Below are positions 37,795 through 50,078 of a stretch of DNA of 64,000 nucleotides, in pieces. The notes under the pieces were generated by a model. It ran no database searches and was not told the origin of the DNA. It worked only from the letters and a program-made list of their open reading frames with translations. Numbering within the stretch: position 1 is the stretch's first letter; each line of letters starts with the position of its first letter. The stretch comes from Paraphysomonas bandaiensis. Lineage: Eukaryota; Protista; Chrysophyceae. Location: assembly GCA_965644295.1 (NCBI GenBank), contig CBFFRP010000254.1, positions 1-64,000 on the forward strand, given 5' to 3'. A program made the position numbers and the translations under genes.

Positions 37795-38700
37795 ATGGCA
37801 GCAAGAGAAGGAAATTTCGACCGTCAAATCACAATATTCAGTCCTCAAGGGCACTTGTATCAAATGGGTATGTATATATATATGTATCTATATGTAGAGG
37901 TCTGATATATATTACTACCTATACAACAGAATATTGCATTAAGGCTGCTACTAGTGGTGGAAACACAGCAGTTGCAGTAAGAGGGGAAGATTCTGCTGTT
38001 TTTATTACACAAAAGAAAGTTCCTGTGAGTGTCCGCATTATTCATATATACGACTGAGACTGATTATATTTGCATAGGACCGTCTCATCGACCCGTCTTG
38101 TGTAACAAGTATTTATCGCGTCACAGATACAATTGGATGTTTGATGTTAGGCCTTTTGCGTAAGTCATCCCCCCCCCTTTTATCTATTAATATCACATGT
38201 TGATGACAGCTGATATTCGTTCTCAAATTGAGCGTCTGCGTTACGAGGCGAATGAATTCAGATTTGCTAATGGTTATGCAATGCCTGTACATGCACTAGC
38301 TCAGCGAATCGCGGATATATGTCAAGTGTATACTCAAGAGGCATCCAACCGTGCTTTGGCGTGCGTGATATTGCTAATCGGTGTTGATGACGAGAAAGGC
38401 GCGCAAGTCTACAAAGTTGATCCAGCAGGCCACTTTTTACCTTATAAAGCAGCTGCGACTGGAAAGTCTGAACAAGAAGCTATTAACTTCCTTGAAAAGC
38501 GAGCTGATGACTTGTCCAATTTAAATGAAGATGCCACCATTGAACTTGCGATTTCAGCGATGCAGTATGTGCTATCTACTGATTTCAAGAGCTCTGAAAT
38601 TGAGCTTGCAGTTGTTTCTAGAGGAAAGAAATTGCGGAAACTAACAGAAGACGAGATTGAAGAGAGACTCAATGCGATATCTGAACGGAGCGACATTTAG
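37795..38700 (+). CDS. PSMA6: 20S proteasome subunit alpha-1, multi-exon
   Basis: [61 protein letters not shown]. Confidence 0.95.
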
Positions 38701-39881
38701 TGTGTATTCCTGATTGTGTCAAGGAAACACTTGTAAGTCTTAGGTTTTGCTTATCCTAGCACAAGAATGTTAAATTAAGTGTGATAATGACCTCTTCTTT
38801 ACTACATACGTTTTTGGCATACACACGTTACGAGATTAGTATTGATGAAATTGGAAGAGGGTATGGAATAATAGAAATGCTGTATAGAGTGCCATATTTC
38901 AAGTGTAGACAAAATGGAGCAGCATAGTTGTGCCACTACATTATGTGGGTGCAAAATATAAACGCTTTTTTTGTAAGACTTTTGGATACATTATTATAAT
39001 CTCTAAATAATCCACTCATTTCGTAAGTGTTGTACCGTTGTAATCACAACACTTACCTAGGTATACAGAGTGTGAGAGCTAATGGCCCCCACCTGTAATA
39101 ATGGATGGATTAATTTGAATTTTAGTAATATACAATATACAGTTCTTGATGAATTAATATTTGGAAAACGTTGAGGTTGTGATGCTGTAGTAAAATGATT
39201 GTAGCAACACATATAAGTTAACTCACCAATACCAGCATATTTGATACTACTCATCTAACTTTATCATACTCCTGGCGTACGAGTTGATTGTTGTTAAATG
39301 TTATACTCAGGATGGGTAATATCACAGATTACCTCTTGTGTCAAATGTTAAAACTACATAGAATCTGTTATTTCAATGTACCACACGGGTATACAGTTAG
39401 AAGTGACGTGATAAGTTTTGGCGCGTGCGAGATGTATGATACTATCGTTCACAATCAAAGATCTATTATTTTAAATAAGATTTCATTTTATATTGTGATT
39501 AAACAAATATCACCAATACATCCAGAATTACATTCCAGTATTTATTGCAAATTATATGTATTCCATTCAATTATTTCTTTATTGAAAAAGGTCAGTTCGA
39601 TGACCTGTTCAACACCAGGAATTATTTCTAACAGTAACTTAGTGTCAACTGAACTATCTCATTGAGACTGTGATCATTAAGCTGATTAAAGTAAAGGGGT
39701 GAATAATACAAACTATAAGTATATGACTAAAACAATTATACAGCAATAAGTATGAATACTTCAATGACAACACAGGGTGCCACATTAAGAGAATGCTTGT
39801 AACAATACTGTATACCAGGCCACAGAATTTCAAATTATTCATCATGTCCGAATGGTATTGTTTAAAAAGGTAAATAAAAAA

Positions 39882-40895
39882 TTACATCGCACGTTTGGTT
39901 TTGCATAACAATAACCCTCTCTGAACAATATCAATAGCCTCTTGTTCTGATATCCCCATTAAATCATCAGGCATGGAGGTGTTCCCCTTGGTATCAATGG
40001 AAGACTGGAGAGACTTATGAGAGTGAGAACTAATCGGGGCCTTAGTATTGATATGTTGCTCAATAAAACAGTCTCCGTCAGTCGTTTGGAATTGCAGGTA
40101 TGTAGGCGATGGTGCCCCACCGCCCCATCCACCCTCCAGAGAAAAGATATTTCGCTGGGAATATTTGGAAGATGGTGATGAAGATGAAATACATTCCTTA
40201 GGAGCAATAAACTCCATTAGTTGGCCGAATATAAAGTGTAGCACTATAATCGACATCATCCCAAACAATCTGTAATAGCCATTCATAGTGCTTACATTGA
40301 CGGGCGGAGGGGGAGATGTCATATGTTCGCACGATACCCCACTAATTGATGCTCCACTATCCATATAACACATTGGCATCTGTATACCCCAGTAGTATAA
40401 TAAAGCAAGTGGCATTCCAATCGATGCAAAGGAAGCGTCGCTATACTGCCAGTTATTTCCCAAGTGAGCACGTAAAACAATAGAAGTTGTTATATACACA
40501 GCTATCAGCCACCTCCAATGAAGGAAATGATGTAACTGATTATCGAATGAACTCCAAAAATAAAGATCAAAGCACCCCAGCCAACTACATGTAGAAGATA
40601 TATGATATATGATTTGAGCAATGCGGTGTTGTATGAGGTGTCCTGATATGACGATACATACCACCAACACTGATAAAATAGGAGCAATTTTCTCACTAGA
40701 AATAAGCGACAATAGCAGTAAAATCAATAGAATCGCACTCCATATCCGTGTTATCGACATCATGTCAGGATAAATGTGATTAACAGCTTTGTCTCTGTTG
40801 TTTATAAGAGGGATGTGATATATAATCCACACTACAGACACTGACACTATAACAACACACTCAATAAAAAAGGAATACATATTAAGATCAATCAT
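39882..40895 (-). CDS. Uncharacterised multi-pass membrane protein
   Basis: 337-aa ORF with about 7 hydrophobic segments and a hydrophilic C-terminal tail. Confidence 0.65.
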   Translation of the reverse strand: MIDLNMYSFFIECVVIVSVSVVWIIYHIPLINNRDKAVNHIYPDMMSITRIWSAILLILLLLSLISSEKIAPILSVLVVCIVISGHLIQHRIAQIIYHISSTCSWLGCFDLYFWSSFDNQLHHFLHWRWLIAVYITTSIVLRAHLGNNWQYSDASFASIGMPLALLYYWGIQMPMCYMDSGASISGVSCEHMTSPPPPVNVSTMNGYYRLFGMMSIIVLHFIFGQLMEFIAPKECISSSSPSSKYSQRNIFSLEGGWGGGAPSPTYLQFQTTDGDCFIEQHINTKAPISSHSHKSLQSSIDTKGNTSMPDDLMGISEQEAIDIVQRGLLLCKTKRAM

Positions 40896-41514
40896 TTATG
40901 TTCTTTGATAGATATGAAGATGATAAGTGTTCATTATCAATCTATTAATACATAGTGATCTCATAGTGTTCTAGTTGGAAGCTTATATCTATATATATGC
41001 ATGTATACACAGTGCTGGGCATATACATATATATGTATTTGAACAACACATACAACTTCAAGTAAACGTTCCATATAAAGAACGAAGTCCTTACAACGTT
41101 TGTATTCTTTAGGCCCGCGGTCTTTTCTCAGAGGCGTCCGGACCCTCTCACTTTTTCTACAGTTTTTTTCAGAGGCGTTCGGACCGCTAAAAAAAGTTAG
41201 GAAAAACTTATATCGGGTCCGGACTTTCACATGCAAATCCACAAGTTTTTTCACAAACCACGAACGCCCCTATTCAGACTGAAAACCACAAAAAAATGAC
41301 AACACAGTAACATATAGAAACACACGTTCCAATAACTACGACATCATATACAAGTCGTTTTTTTATATATATTTTTTACATATATGAATGTGCGTAGATT
41401 TTATATGTATACTGGCTGTATACTCCTCCTCAGATATACAGATATCTGAGCTGAAATCTTAAACACATTTATTGATGACTGGGTGATGATGAGTCAAGTC
41501 AATGTACTTTAGAC

Positions 41515-41859
41515 TTGTTGCCTGATGTGGATGTATCTTCCACGCAATCCATAGAGGATAATAAGAATCAGCACCCAGTACTTGACAGAGCAATCAACGG
41601 ACGAAAAGATCTCGGTCTTCGGATACTCTCAGTAACAGTACCTGCTGATGAGGTGATGATGGTGTCGATTCTTGTGGAAATCGGGGCCTCCCTTAAAGAA
41701 GATATTAAACTTGCTCAAGAAGTAGGTACTAGTGAGGAGTCTATTACGGAACTGAAGGTAAAGCTGAGTGAGACGATGAAGGTATCGAGAGAGCTCATGG
41801 AAGAATATCTTCGGAGAGTGTATGGTACTGTTGTACTACTCTACCATGGCAGATCTTGA
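41515..41859 (+). CDS. Possible small coiled-coil protein or exon; true start not identified
   Basis: 114-codon ORF with protein-like composition but no ATG start. Confidence 0.35.
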   Translation: MLPDVDVSSTQSIEDNKNQHPVLDRAINGRKDLGLRILSVTVPADEVMMVSILVEIGASLKEDIKLAQEVGTSEESITELKVKLSETMKVSRELMEEYLRRVYGTVVLLYHGRS

Positions 41860-42434
41860 TACCATGTTTGCTTGCATTAAAGTTGTGACATCAATACCAT
41901 ATTTAGTGATATGCTCTTTTATTTTGTGTTATTTAGATTAGTGCTTAAAAATAACATATAAAAGGCAAAAATACAAGCAATACCAAAGGAGGCCAGTCCA
42001 CAATACTAGTATGACAAATGAAGTTGGTAATTACTAAAGAGTTAACTACACCAACAAACTCAAGTGCACATTAAATACATAGCATGAGTATAGACATTAT
42101 CCATTTACTTTTCCTCAAGAATGGTGCAACTCCTTTACGTTTTGTGCTTCTCTTTCTCTTGTGACTGATGGATACAATGAATATGGAAGACTTTCTCTCA
42201 TGATATATATACAATATAAAATACACACCTAAATAAATATTGAAACAAATTATTATAAATATTTAGTACTTAATTCTTGGCGTGCTGATGCTAATATCAC
42301 GCGTTTCGTTCGACACACTCATACTGAGTTGCATAATAGCAGAGATAAATGTAACATTGTAGGTAATAAATAACTTCATCTCATTTAAATACAGCAAAAT
42401 ATTGAGAACAGCACGAATCAATGTGTAGCACATT

Positions 42435-43523
42435 TTATTGTGCGTCAATTTCGATAGATGAAATAGCGGCATCCACAATCGTTGCGTTTCCTGCATTGTC
42501 AAGTAGTGCAAGTTTCTTTATGATATCAGATGTGCGATTAGATGTCGGTAAGGCAAGTGAGTCAATCAGTGTCTGAATACCAGTACCACGGGCGCGGATG
42601 GTCACCTGATTCGCAAAAGAGTTACTTTCCTCTATTAAGCGAGTCGCCTCGTTTGCTGCAAATTCCAGTGTTGTAGTGGTTTCTGCGTCAATTTCCGCAA
42701 CTAATCTAGCTGTTTCCGCTCGAATAAGCACCACTTCTTGGGTGTTTTGCAGAATCTCATTGTTCTGAATCGCTATAGCGGACTCAAGGCTAGTTTCCAC
42801 GATAGAATCAGGCAGTTTAATTTCGCCCATTTTAAACAAATGTACTGGTGCATCTACTAGTACAGCTTTTTCAAGGACGTCATGCACAGCTTCAGCGAAC
42901 ACTCTTTCCACTCCAGCACGATCATTTAAATAGCTGTTAATAGTCAAATCCGCGGCAACATTTTTTATTGTGGTCTTCGCATTCGTTTTAACTAAATCGT
43001 GGTAATTTTTTGAAAAAGAGTCATATATGCGACCGACATTTTCTCTTGGTAAGCGATAGTAAAAGCCAAATTCAACAGAAAACTCCAGACCAGTGTCGGT
43101 AAACACAACCTATTATCAAGCACGGTGAAACCATAGTACATCGAAATTTATTCTACTTACCACATCAAAATCAAGGCCGATGTAATTGGCGGGAAAATAG
43201 ATGGTATCATAATTGAGAGGATAAAAGTATCGCCCTTGTTCATATACTTTACTCAACCGGACTGTGCCGTACACATCACGCAGTAGAGCATATTGGTCAT
43301 AATATACATAATGAAATGATGTTGGAAGAGTAGCACAAAGAACTATGAGACCAAGGAATACAGTAGTCCATTTGCATATATCACTGTCTGAACAGTAGTA
43401 CTCTGTTTCAGATTTCACAGGCTCTGAACGGACCACATCGATCCCTTCTGCTTGTCCAAGTGTGGTGGGGACTCCACCATAAGATGTAGGAACAGCAATA
43501 GCTGATGGGGTTTGAGATGCCAT
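42435..43523 (-). CDS. SPFH/Band-7 domain membrane protein, two exons
   Basis: N-terminal TM, then SFHYVYYDQYAL..VYEQGRYF..VFTDTGLEFSVEFGFYYRL..YLNDRAGVE and an alanine/glutamate coiled-coil tail; intron ~43112-43160. Confidence 0.85.
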
Positions 43524-45076
43524 AGGATATATCTTATGTCTACCCGCAGTATATATGCTATGAATCAGCCATATCATGTGAGCTGATGTGTGTAGATGCA
43601 GTGCTGTATATATCCATATACAATCTATATACTACTATAGCTGCTGCTTGTACAACTACCCACAAGGAATTCCTATACAGCTGTGTATATCTACTGTAAG
43701 ATACAGCAGTCTGTGTACTCTGGTCGGAAAATAACGGGTTTTAAGAACATGCTTTTCAAAATATCAGATATTTTGGCAGGCATTCATTCACTGTTTCCAA
43801 CCAATATAGGGCTTTTTAAGTATAAAAAGCCAGGATCCAAATACTTCAAGGAGTAGCAGCCACATCTAGTATAGCACACCATCATACACAGCAGGAAGAG
43901 GAGGGCTTTGTAGAATAGCGACTCCTGGAACTGTTTCGTTTCATGACCTCCATGGTAAAGATATAAGCTTTATGAGCCGTAACAAGTATGGCTAGATTGC
44001 TCTTATCAATACTATGATGCACACGCAGGCTCAAGGCATGTGTGATATGTCGTGATACCACCTGGTGGGATGTCACCCGGTGAAAACTGTGGTTGCTCCC
44101 TTCGATGCTGCCATGGTTAAAGGAGCTATTCTTTTTGAGACAGCCCGAGGTGAGTAGGTATTATATGTTTATAATCGCGTGGAAGACTGTGAAACTATAT
44201 GTCATTGTGTGCAGTCTTTGGTCCCTCAGGTGAAAGTATGCTTTGTCTATGGGTATATACTGACACAACAACTTCAACCCTTTTACTAGACTTTCTCGAG
44301 TAATCGTTCTCGGTCATATGGGTGTGTAGGGCCTTCTCCCGAGGAGACCTGTGCAGGGCACAGATGACGCCAAAATATAGCATATCAGAACTTTATGCTA
44401 TTTCTAACTATATATATATAGTAAATATTCGACTTCTGTTATCGATTTGCTGTTGTGAGTAATGAGAACTAACTGCTATAATGGAATCTAGTACATTGCT
44501 TGTGTGGTGGATACAATCTCGTGCAGCTAGCTACTTGTCCTTATAGGAATATGAGGCTACTCTACAACGATGTGTTGTTTGAATGGTATTCAGGCACTAT
44601 TCATAATACAGGTATTTGAAGCGGAAAATAAAGGGGGTAGCTCACATATGAGATGGTGATTCATATTAATGGAGATCTGTGTATCTGTGAGTGTATTATT
44701 AGAATCCCTTGTGCCACTCAACTATTCGTGGGCAGATGATGTTTTTCGGTATGTGGACATGTAGACACCATACAATCTACAGATCTACAGTATTGATACT
44801 TATCGTCATATTTAAGTACATTTCTCTTGTAGGCATCTTGAATGTCAAAATGGCTGCGTCATGTTGAACATTATACTAAGTAATACTAATTGGACTACTA
44901 TAGTGTAGGCTATAGAGTACAGAGTAAACTGACTCACTGATGTTCGGCTAGAGTGACTGCTAATATTATTTAAACGCCACTCAAGCTATTCGATTTGATA
45001 TTGATTACTAACATATATTTCTTATTAAATATTTACAACACAGTACATATTGTCGACTTATGTAGTTACGTAGTTA

Positions 45077-47038
45077 CTACCACGACGAAAGGACGGATTC
45101 TTCATGCTTCGTACCGTTTCGGTCTCCTGTAATACTACACTTAGAACTATTCCACTGACCTAATAACCGGCCGTCTCTCTTTGAAATCATTGCTTCAGCT
45201 GCTCTCACTCCATCAACACAAGCCGTCATAATTCCACCTGCGTAACCAGCCCCTTCACCTATAGGATACAGTCCATGGGTGTTCACACTCTCTAAAGTAT
45301 TGTCCTTTCTTTCTATACGCACAGGAGCTGACGTACGTGATTCAATTCCGACAAGTAACGTATTATCATCAATGATACCAGGAACTTTCTTTGAAAAATG
45401 TTGAAAAGCATTAACCAAGGCAGTACACACATTCGACGGTAGGACAGAGTGCAGGTTAGTTCCCTTCAGCTTACCCATAAATATATGATCTGGAAGAGAA
45501 CGAATATATTTGTCCACGGCCGCACTTGACATAGATGAGTTATTGTGTGCATCGATGAAATCCACGACGCGCATTGCGGGAACAGAGTAGTCCCCTCCAC
45601 ATGCTTCAAAGCATTTATTCTCCCAATACTGCTGGAAGTGCATACCAGACAATGGGCCACACGTGAGTGCCTCACGGCTACTATGTTCACTACTACGAGG
45701 AGTATAACCTTCAAAATCAGAGCCCCCAACTGTGACCACAAAAGCAGCATTTGCATAGCGACTGGCTCGGGTGGAGTAGCTCATTCCATTTACTGCAACC
45801 TCCTCGTTTCCATGACTGGCGTTGACAATGACACCACCTGGACACATACAGAAGGTGTACACATTCCTCTTAGTCTCGTTGTCAAAATACTTGAGTGTAA
45901 ATTCAGCAGCACCCAAGGTCTTGTGCAAAACATCACTACCATACTGTAAATTGTTAATGTACTTCTGGCTGATCTGCAAACGAAATCCCACAGCAAAGTC
46001 TTTAGCAACCATCTGCACCCCTGCTCTATGTAAGTGGGTATATATATCTCGTGCGCTATGTCCAGTAGCCAAGAATACATCTGATGCCTTAATAGCAAAG
46101 CGTGATGGTATATCACTAGAGCTTTCAGAGGTTTCCACTATACCATCATTCACTAGAGACCGATACGCTGCAACAAATTCCGCATCATCATCAGGGCGTG
46201 CGGTAGGTATGCGCTTCAAATTTACCCCAATAACTGAGCCATTGTCATCATTACTTTCCGTGGAAGTATTGTCGAAAGTGCGGTCAATTTGTATCTCGGT
46301 CAGCATTGTGTTATATAGAAATAACCCGCCTTTGGCTGCAATCCCATCTCGAGAAAATGATGTGATGATCTTGCGCAACTGATCCGTCCCTACATGAGCC
46401 CTTGACTCATACAAGATATTTCGCTTGGCACCAAATTCAATTAGCGTTTCATGAACAAATCTATGGTAGGGTGAAGATGTGCGAGTGGTTAATTTGCCAT
46501 CACTAAATGCGCCAGCCCCGCCTTCACCAAACACACCATTAGAGTTGGGAGTCAAGATATTGTGCTTCCAGAATGCCATAATATCTTTGGCTCTTTGTTC
46601 AACTCTCGGTCCCATTTCAATGATAATCGGCTTGAATCCAGATGAGACGAGTGTATAAGCAGCAAAGAGTCCTGCAGGGCCACTACCAATTACAATTGGC
46701 CGTTTAGATGTTTTAGTCCATAATACAGCATCTGACCCATGAAAATGTGGTTTGTAGGGTTCATGAAATTCAACCATTTTAGCTACTGAGCCACCTTTCA
46801 TTGCAGAAATCTTTCTCTCAGTTGTTGAATCTTGTAGTTCCACATGTACGTTATGAACAAGTCTGATATCTACCTTTTGGGATCTCTTTCCTCTTGTTTT
46901 GCGTGCATCTATCGATTTCCGAACAATATTAACATTCTTAATTTGAGATGACGAAATACGCAAATGTTTCGCTACATGTTCAACAAGAGATGCCGATGAT
47001 TTTAAGGGTTGTACAACTCCGTGTACTAATAAAACCAT
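45077..47038 (-). CDS. FAD-dependent oxidoreductase, COG2509-type
   Basis: IGSGPAGLFAA, FGEGGAGAFSDGKL, AHVGTD, LATGHSARD, YTFCMCPGG, VNGMS, GIESRTSAP, GEGAGYAGGI; intronless. Confidence 0.92.
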   Translation of the reverse strand: MVLLVHGVVQPLKSSASLVEHVAKHLRISSSQIKNVNIVRKSIDARKTRGKRSQKVDIRLVHNVHVELQDSTTERKISAMKGGSVAKMVEFHEPYKPHFHGSDAVLWTKTSKRPIVIGSGPAGLFAAYTLVSSGFKPIIIEMGPRVEQRAKDIMAFWKHNILTPNSNGVFGEGGAGAFSDGKLTTRTSSPYHRFVHETLIEFGAKRNILYESRAHVGTDQLRKIITSFSRDGIAAKGGLFLYNTMLTEIQIDRTFDNTSTESNDDNGSVIGVNLKRIPTARPDDDAEFVAAYRSLVNDGIVETSESSSDIPSRFAIKASDVFLATGHSARDIYTHLHRAGVQMVAKDFAVGFRLQISQKYINNLQYGSDVLHKTLGAAEFTLKYFDNETKRNVYTFCMCPGGVIVNASHGNEEVAVNGMSYSTRASRYANAAFVVTVGGSDFEGYTPRSSEHSSREALTCGPLSGMHFQQYWENKCFEACGGDYSVPAMRVVDFIDAHNNSSMSSAAVDKYIRSLPDHIFMGKLKGTNLHSVLPSNVCTALVNAFQHFSKKVPGIIDDNTLLVGIESRTSAPVRIERKDNTLESVNTHGLYPIGEGAGYAGGIMTACVDGVRAAEAMISKRDGRLLGQWNSSKCSITGDRNGTKHEESVLSSW

Positions 47039-47680
47039 CAGAGTTTATGCAGTGACTGATTTACTTTAAATATACACAATACTGACTACAATCAGCTCAA
47101 ATAAAACTTCATTGCATGGTCAATCCGTTAGAATTACTTCTTATTACATAAGTTAATACCATCAACGAAGAGATGATAATGAATAAGTATATTCTCTATA
47201 GGAGTGTTACTGTTAGAGCAGCCGAGTGCTGATTGCTGCCTGTACATTTCAAGTGGAGTTGTTTCGTCCAATCAAATACATTGTTCCAAAAATATAGGAA
47301 ATTACACTCACTAAACCTCCATAACTGCCTTTTTCTAGTTCTTAGTTCAAAATACGGATAAAAACTCTAAGTTTGTATTCTTCATACATAAAAGTATGTA
47401 TAAAAGAATTCGGAATACGATTTTAATGTTGTGGTATGTAGGTAGAGCATGTGTCAAGACTCATCCACTGCTGTCTGTATGTGTCTATATATGGAGGTAT
47501 CTATATGACCATTAGCACAAAGAACCATAAGAGTTAAGGATAATAACTCTTGGTCATTTCTTGTAGTGGGTAAAAGAGACCGTAACCGTAGAAGACTGAA
47601 TGCATAGTCATATGCTCATGTGCTGTTCATAAGCTCACATACATATATATATACAGATACATACATATTTTCTTGTAAAT

Positions 47681-49399
47681 ATGACGAGTTCTCCCATCCC
47701 TTCTACCAAACTCACTTCTCCACTTCACGATCTTACCCTCTCTCGACCGATAACTGCCGCTGATGTGATGAGTTTATCCTCACCACTGTCAAGGGCTCAG
47801 ACTAGTACATCAGTGTGTCCTGACACTCATACTGCTGTATCGGAACTTAAGGATTTGAAATACAATATAGGGAAGTCTATCAAGACAAAAAAGAAGTGGA
47901 AACGAAATGAATTTGGAAAAATTATGTTCCATATGGATCAAGATGATATTCTACATGAGCATTGGGAAAGTTGGGCACAAAAGCATGGATACAAACTCGG
48001 TTCGAGGTTTAGTCTTCAAGAGGTCAGAGAACTACGGGAGTGGTTTGTTTCACTAGATAAAGATGGAGGTGGGACTGTCGGAATAGAGGAGCTGCTTGAA
48101 CCTCTCCTTTCAGCTGGAATATTCAGATCTAGAGAAGATGTAGAGGCTCTTATTAAACGCGTTGACGGTGACAACTCTGGTGATATTAACCTTGAGGAGT
48201 TTTTGTGTATGTTTGAAAATAAATCGATATGTGATGCGGATGGCGTTGAGCTATTAAAGCGCCTAACACGACCGCCCGAGGGGGGATTTTCGACACGAAT
48301 GGTACTGTCGGAGGAGCGTAGGAGACGTATGATGCGCGGAGTAGTGGATGAAATGGCGCACAGAACTTCAACGGTGGATGAAATAGTTCGACAATTAGAT
48401 GCCCCGTGTGAGACGGAGGGTGTAGTTGCAGGTACATTGCCATCCCATCGTGACACCCTGCGTCCCTCACACACTGAAAGGCCTGGAGCATTGTCGAGTG
48501 TTCACATGGGTGATATGAGTAAGAAACGTAGCAATCATCGTCGAAATGCATTACCGTCTGTATTGCTAGATGATCACTTCATCAGAGATGGACATAGAGT
48601 GCAACAGCGCAATATATGTTTGTATCTGGACAGTGTAAAGCGGATCGTAGCTGATCAAAAAGAGACAATAGCTGATGATGATGCGGTATCCACTACTTGT
48701 GAAACTGATACGTATGGTGTAAACCTTGGCAACATAGTTGAAGATCCTTCACTAGATGTGGGATATAAAGGCGGAAAGCAGGGCCGAATGAAATCTATGC
48801 AGCGCCTCAAAGCGGTGGACAGCGAACGGTATGGCATGGAACTGCATTCAACACTACAGAAGACTGATAGCTGTGACTATTCAATCTTTGACTCAAGCGA
48901 ACTATATAATACGGTAGAAGTGTACCACGACGATCCCCATGTCAGTATTCGTGGAAAGAGACGAAATTTAATTGGTGAAAATTTGGCAGCACTTCCTCGT
49001 CAAACTAGTCGGGTTAATACCAGCAAGTCGAAACGCCGTCCGAAGCGATTTGATTCTCCACAGCGAACCCTGTCAGTGAAACTCTCAGTTAGTAAAATGG
49101 TGAATGGAAGCAGTGATGACTGGGATGATCTGTCTTTTGAAACATCATGTCTTGATTCGAATAATAGTCCATCTAGCTCTAGTACTGCATCGCATTCCCC
49201 CTTTCCCCTGTCCCCTATCCCTCGTCATATTGCGAGCTCAAAGCCAGATGGGGAAGATACGTCGCCCCCCTCGACTCTGCGCACATCTAATAATATTCGT
49301 AGCGCTTGGACAATATCCCCGAAGGATATTCGAAGCAATCGCCTAAAATCTATCACTAACTTTAAGAGACCAAAGAAGAAGAAAATTAGCATAACGTAG
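47681..49399 (+). CDS. EF-hand calcium-binding protein with long low-complexity tail
   Basis: Paired EF loops DKDGGGTVGIEE and DGDNSGDINLEE. Confidence 0.85.
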   Translation: MTSSPIPSTKLTSPLHDLTLSRPITAADVMSLSSPLSRAQTSTSVCPDTHTAVSELKDLKYNIGKSIKTKKKWKRNEFGKIMFHMDQDDILHEHWESWAQKHGYKLGSRFSLQEVRELREWFVSLDKDGGGTVGIEELLEPLLSAGIFRSREDVEALIKRVDGDNSGDINLEEFLCMFENKSICDADGVELLKRLTRPPEGGFSTRMVLSEERRRRMMRGVVDEMAHRTSTVDEIVRQLDAPCETEGVVAGTLPSHRDTLRPSHTERPGALSSVHMGDMSKKRSNHRRNALPSVLLDDHFIRDGHRVQQRNICLYLDSVKRIVADQKETIADDDAVSTTCETDTYGVNLGNIVEDPSLDVGYKGGKQGRMKSMQRLKAVDSERYGMELHSTLQKTDSCDYSIFDSSELYNTVEVYHDDPHVSIRGKRRNLIGENLAALPRQTSRVNTSKSKRRPKRFDSPQRTLSVKLSVSKMVNGSSDDWDDLSFETSCLDSNNSPSSSSTASHSPFPLSPIPRHIASSKPDGEDTSPPSTLRTSNNIRSAWTISPKDIRSNRLKSITNFKRPKKKKISIT

Positions 49400-49432
49400 A
49401 GTTGTGCTACGTGAGCGCTGCCTTAACTTCAT

Positions 49433-49610
49433 GCTTGTGTACCTGTGGATGTGATGTGAGGCCGTATAGCGTTTGATCGCGTGGTATTTGTGATATTTCC
49501 ACAACACTGTTCGAAGCTTGTGTACCTGTGGATGTGATGTGTGAGGCGGTATAGCATTTAATCGCGTCGTATTAGTGATATTTCCACTATGCTGCTCAAA
49601 GTTTGTGTAT
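49433..49610. repeat. Imperfect tandem duplication, ~84-bp unit, two copies plus a stub
   Basis: GCTTGTGTACCTGTGGATGTGATGTG..GTATAGC.TTT.ATCGCGT.GTATT.GTGATATTTCCAC occurs at ~49433 and ~49516. Confidence 0.9.
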
Positions 49611-50078
49611 GTTGTTATTTTTGTAATACGTAGGTGTAAAGAGTAGTATCAAACACATTATGTTTCAATCGTGCGGAAAACTACTGTTGGTGTTGTGTGC
49701 TGTATGAGATAAATATGATGGTGTTTGTTTATTGAACTGCTATAAGCCGTAGTGGTTATCAATAAATGAATCATTAATGATTTTAACTTTGCATACTTGA
49801 GAAGTATTACGTTTGATAAATCGGTTGATGTGATGCCTCTATTTATCTTATGAACATAATATAGCGTATAGCAGTACTTTTGTAATCGAACCAGCAACAC
49901 TACTGCAAATTATTAGTACTTAGTATCATTAATCAGCAGCTAAATACATTTGTATATTGTCTAGTACGAGTCATTAAAACAAGGGTCAGTCAACAACTTA
50001 ATTTAAAACCACTTGATAACCAAACTTATTACGCTGCCAAACCAACACTACTTACTCCTTTGTTAATCTACCTTTTCC

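Noticed and set aside
43860-44400. GC-richer intergenic block, possible pseudogene or structured RNA
   Set aside because: Frames checked are interrupted by stops, no motif was recognised and no second copy was seen in the window.
49433-49610. CRISPR-like array
   Set aside because: Simple tandem duplication without unique spacers, in eukaryotic DNA with no cas genes.
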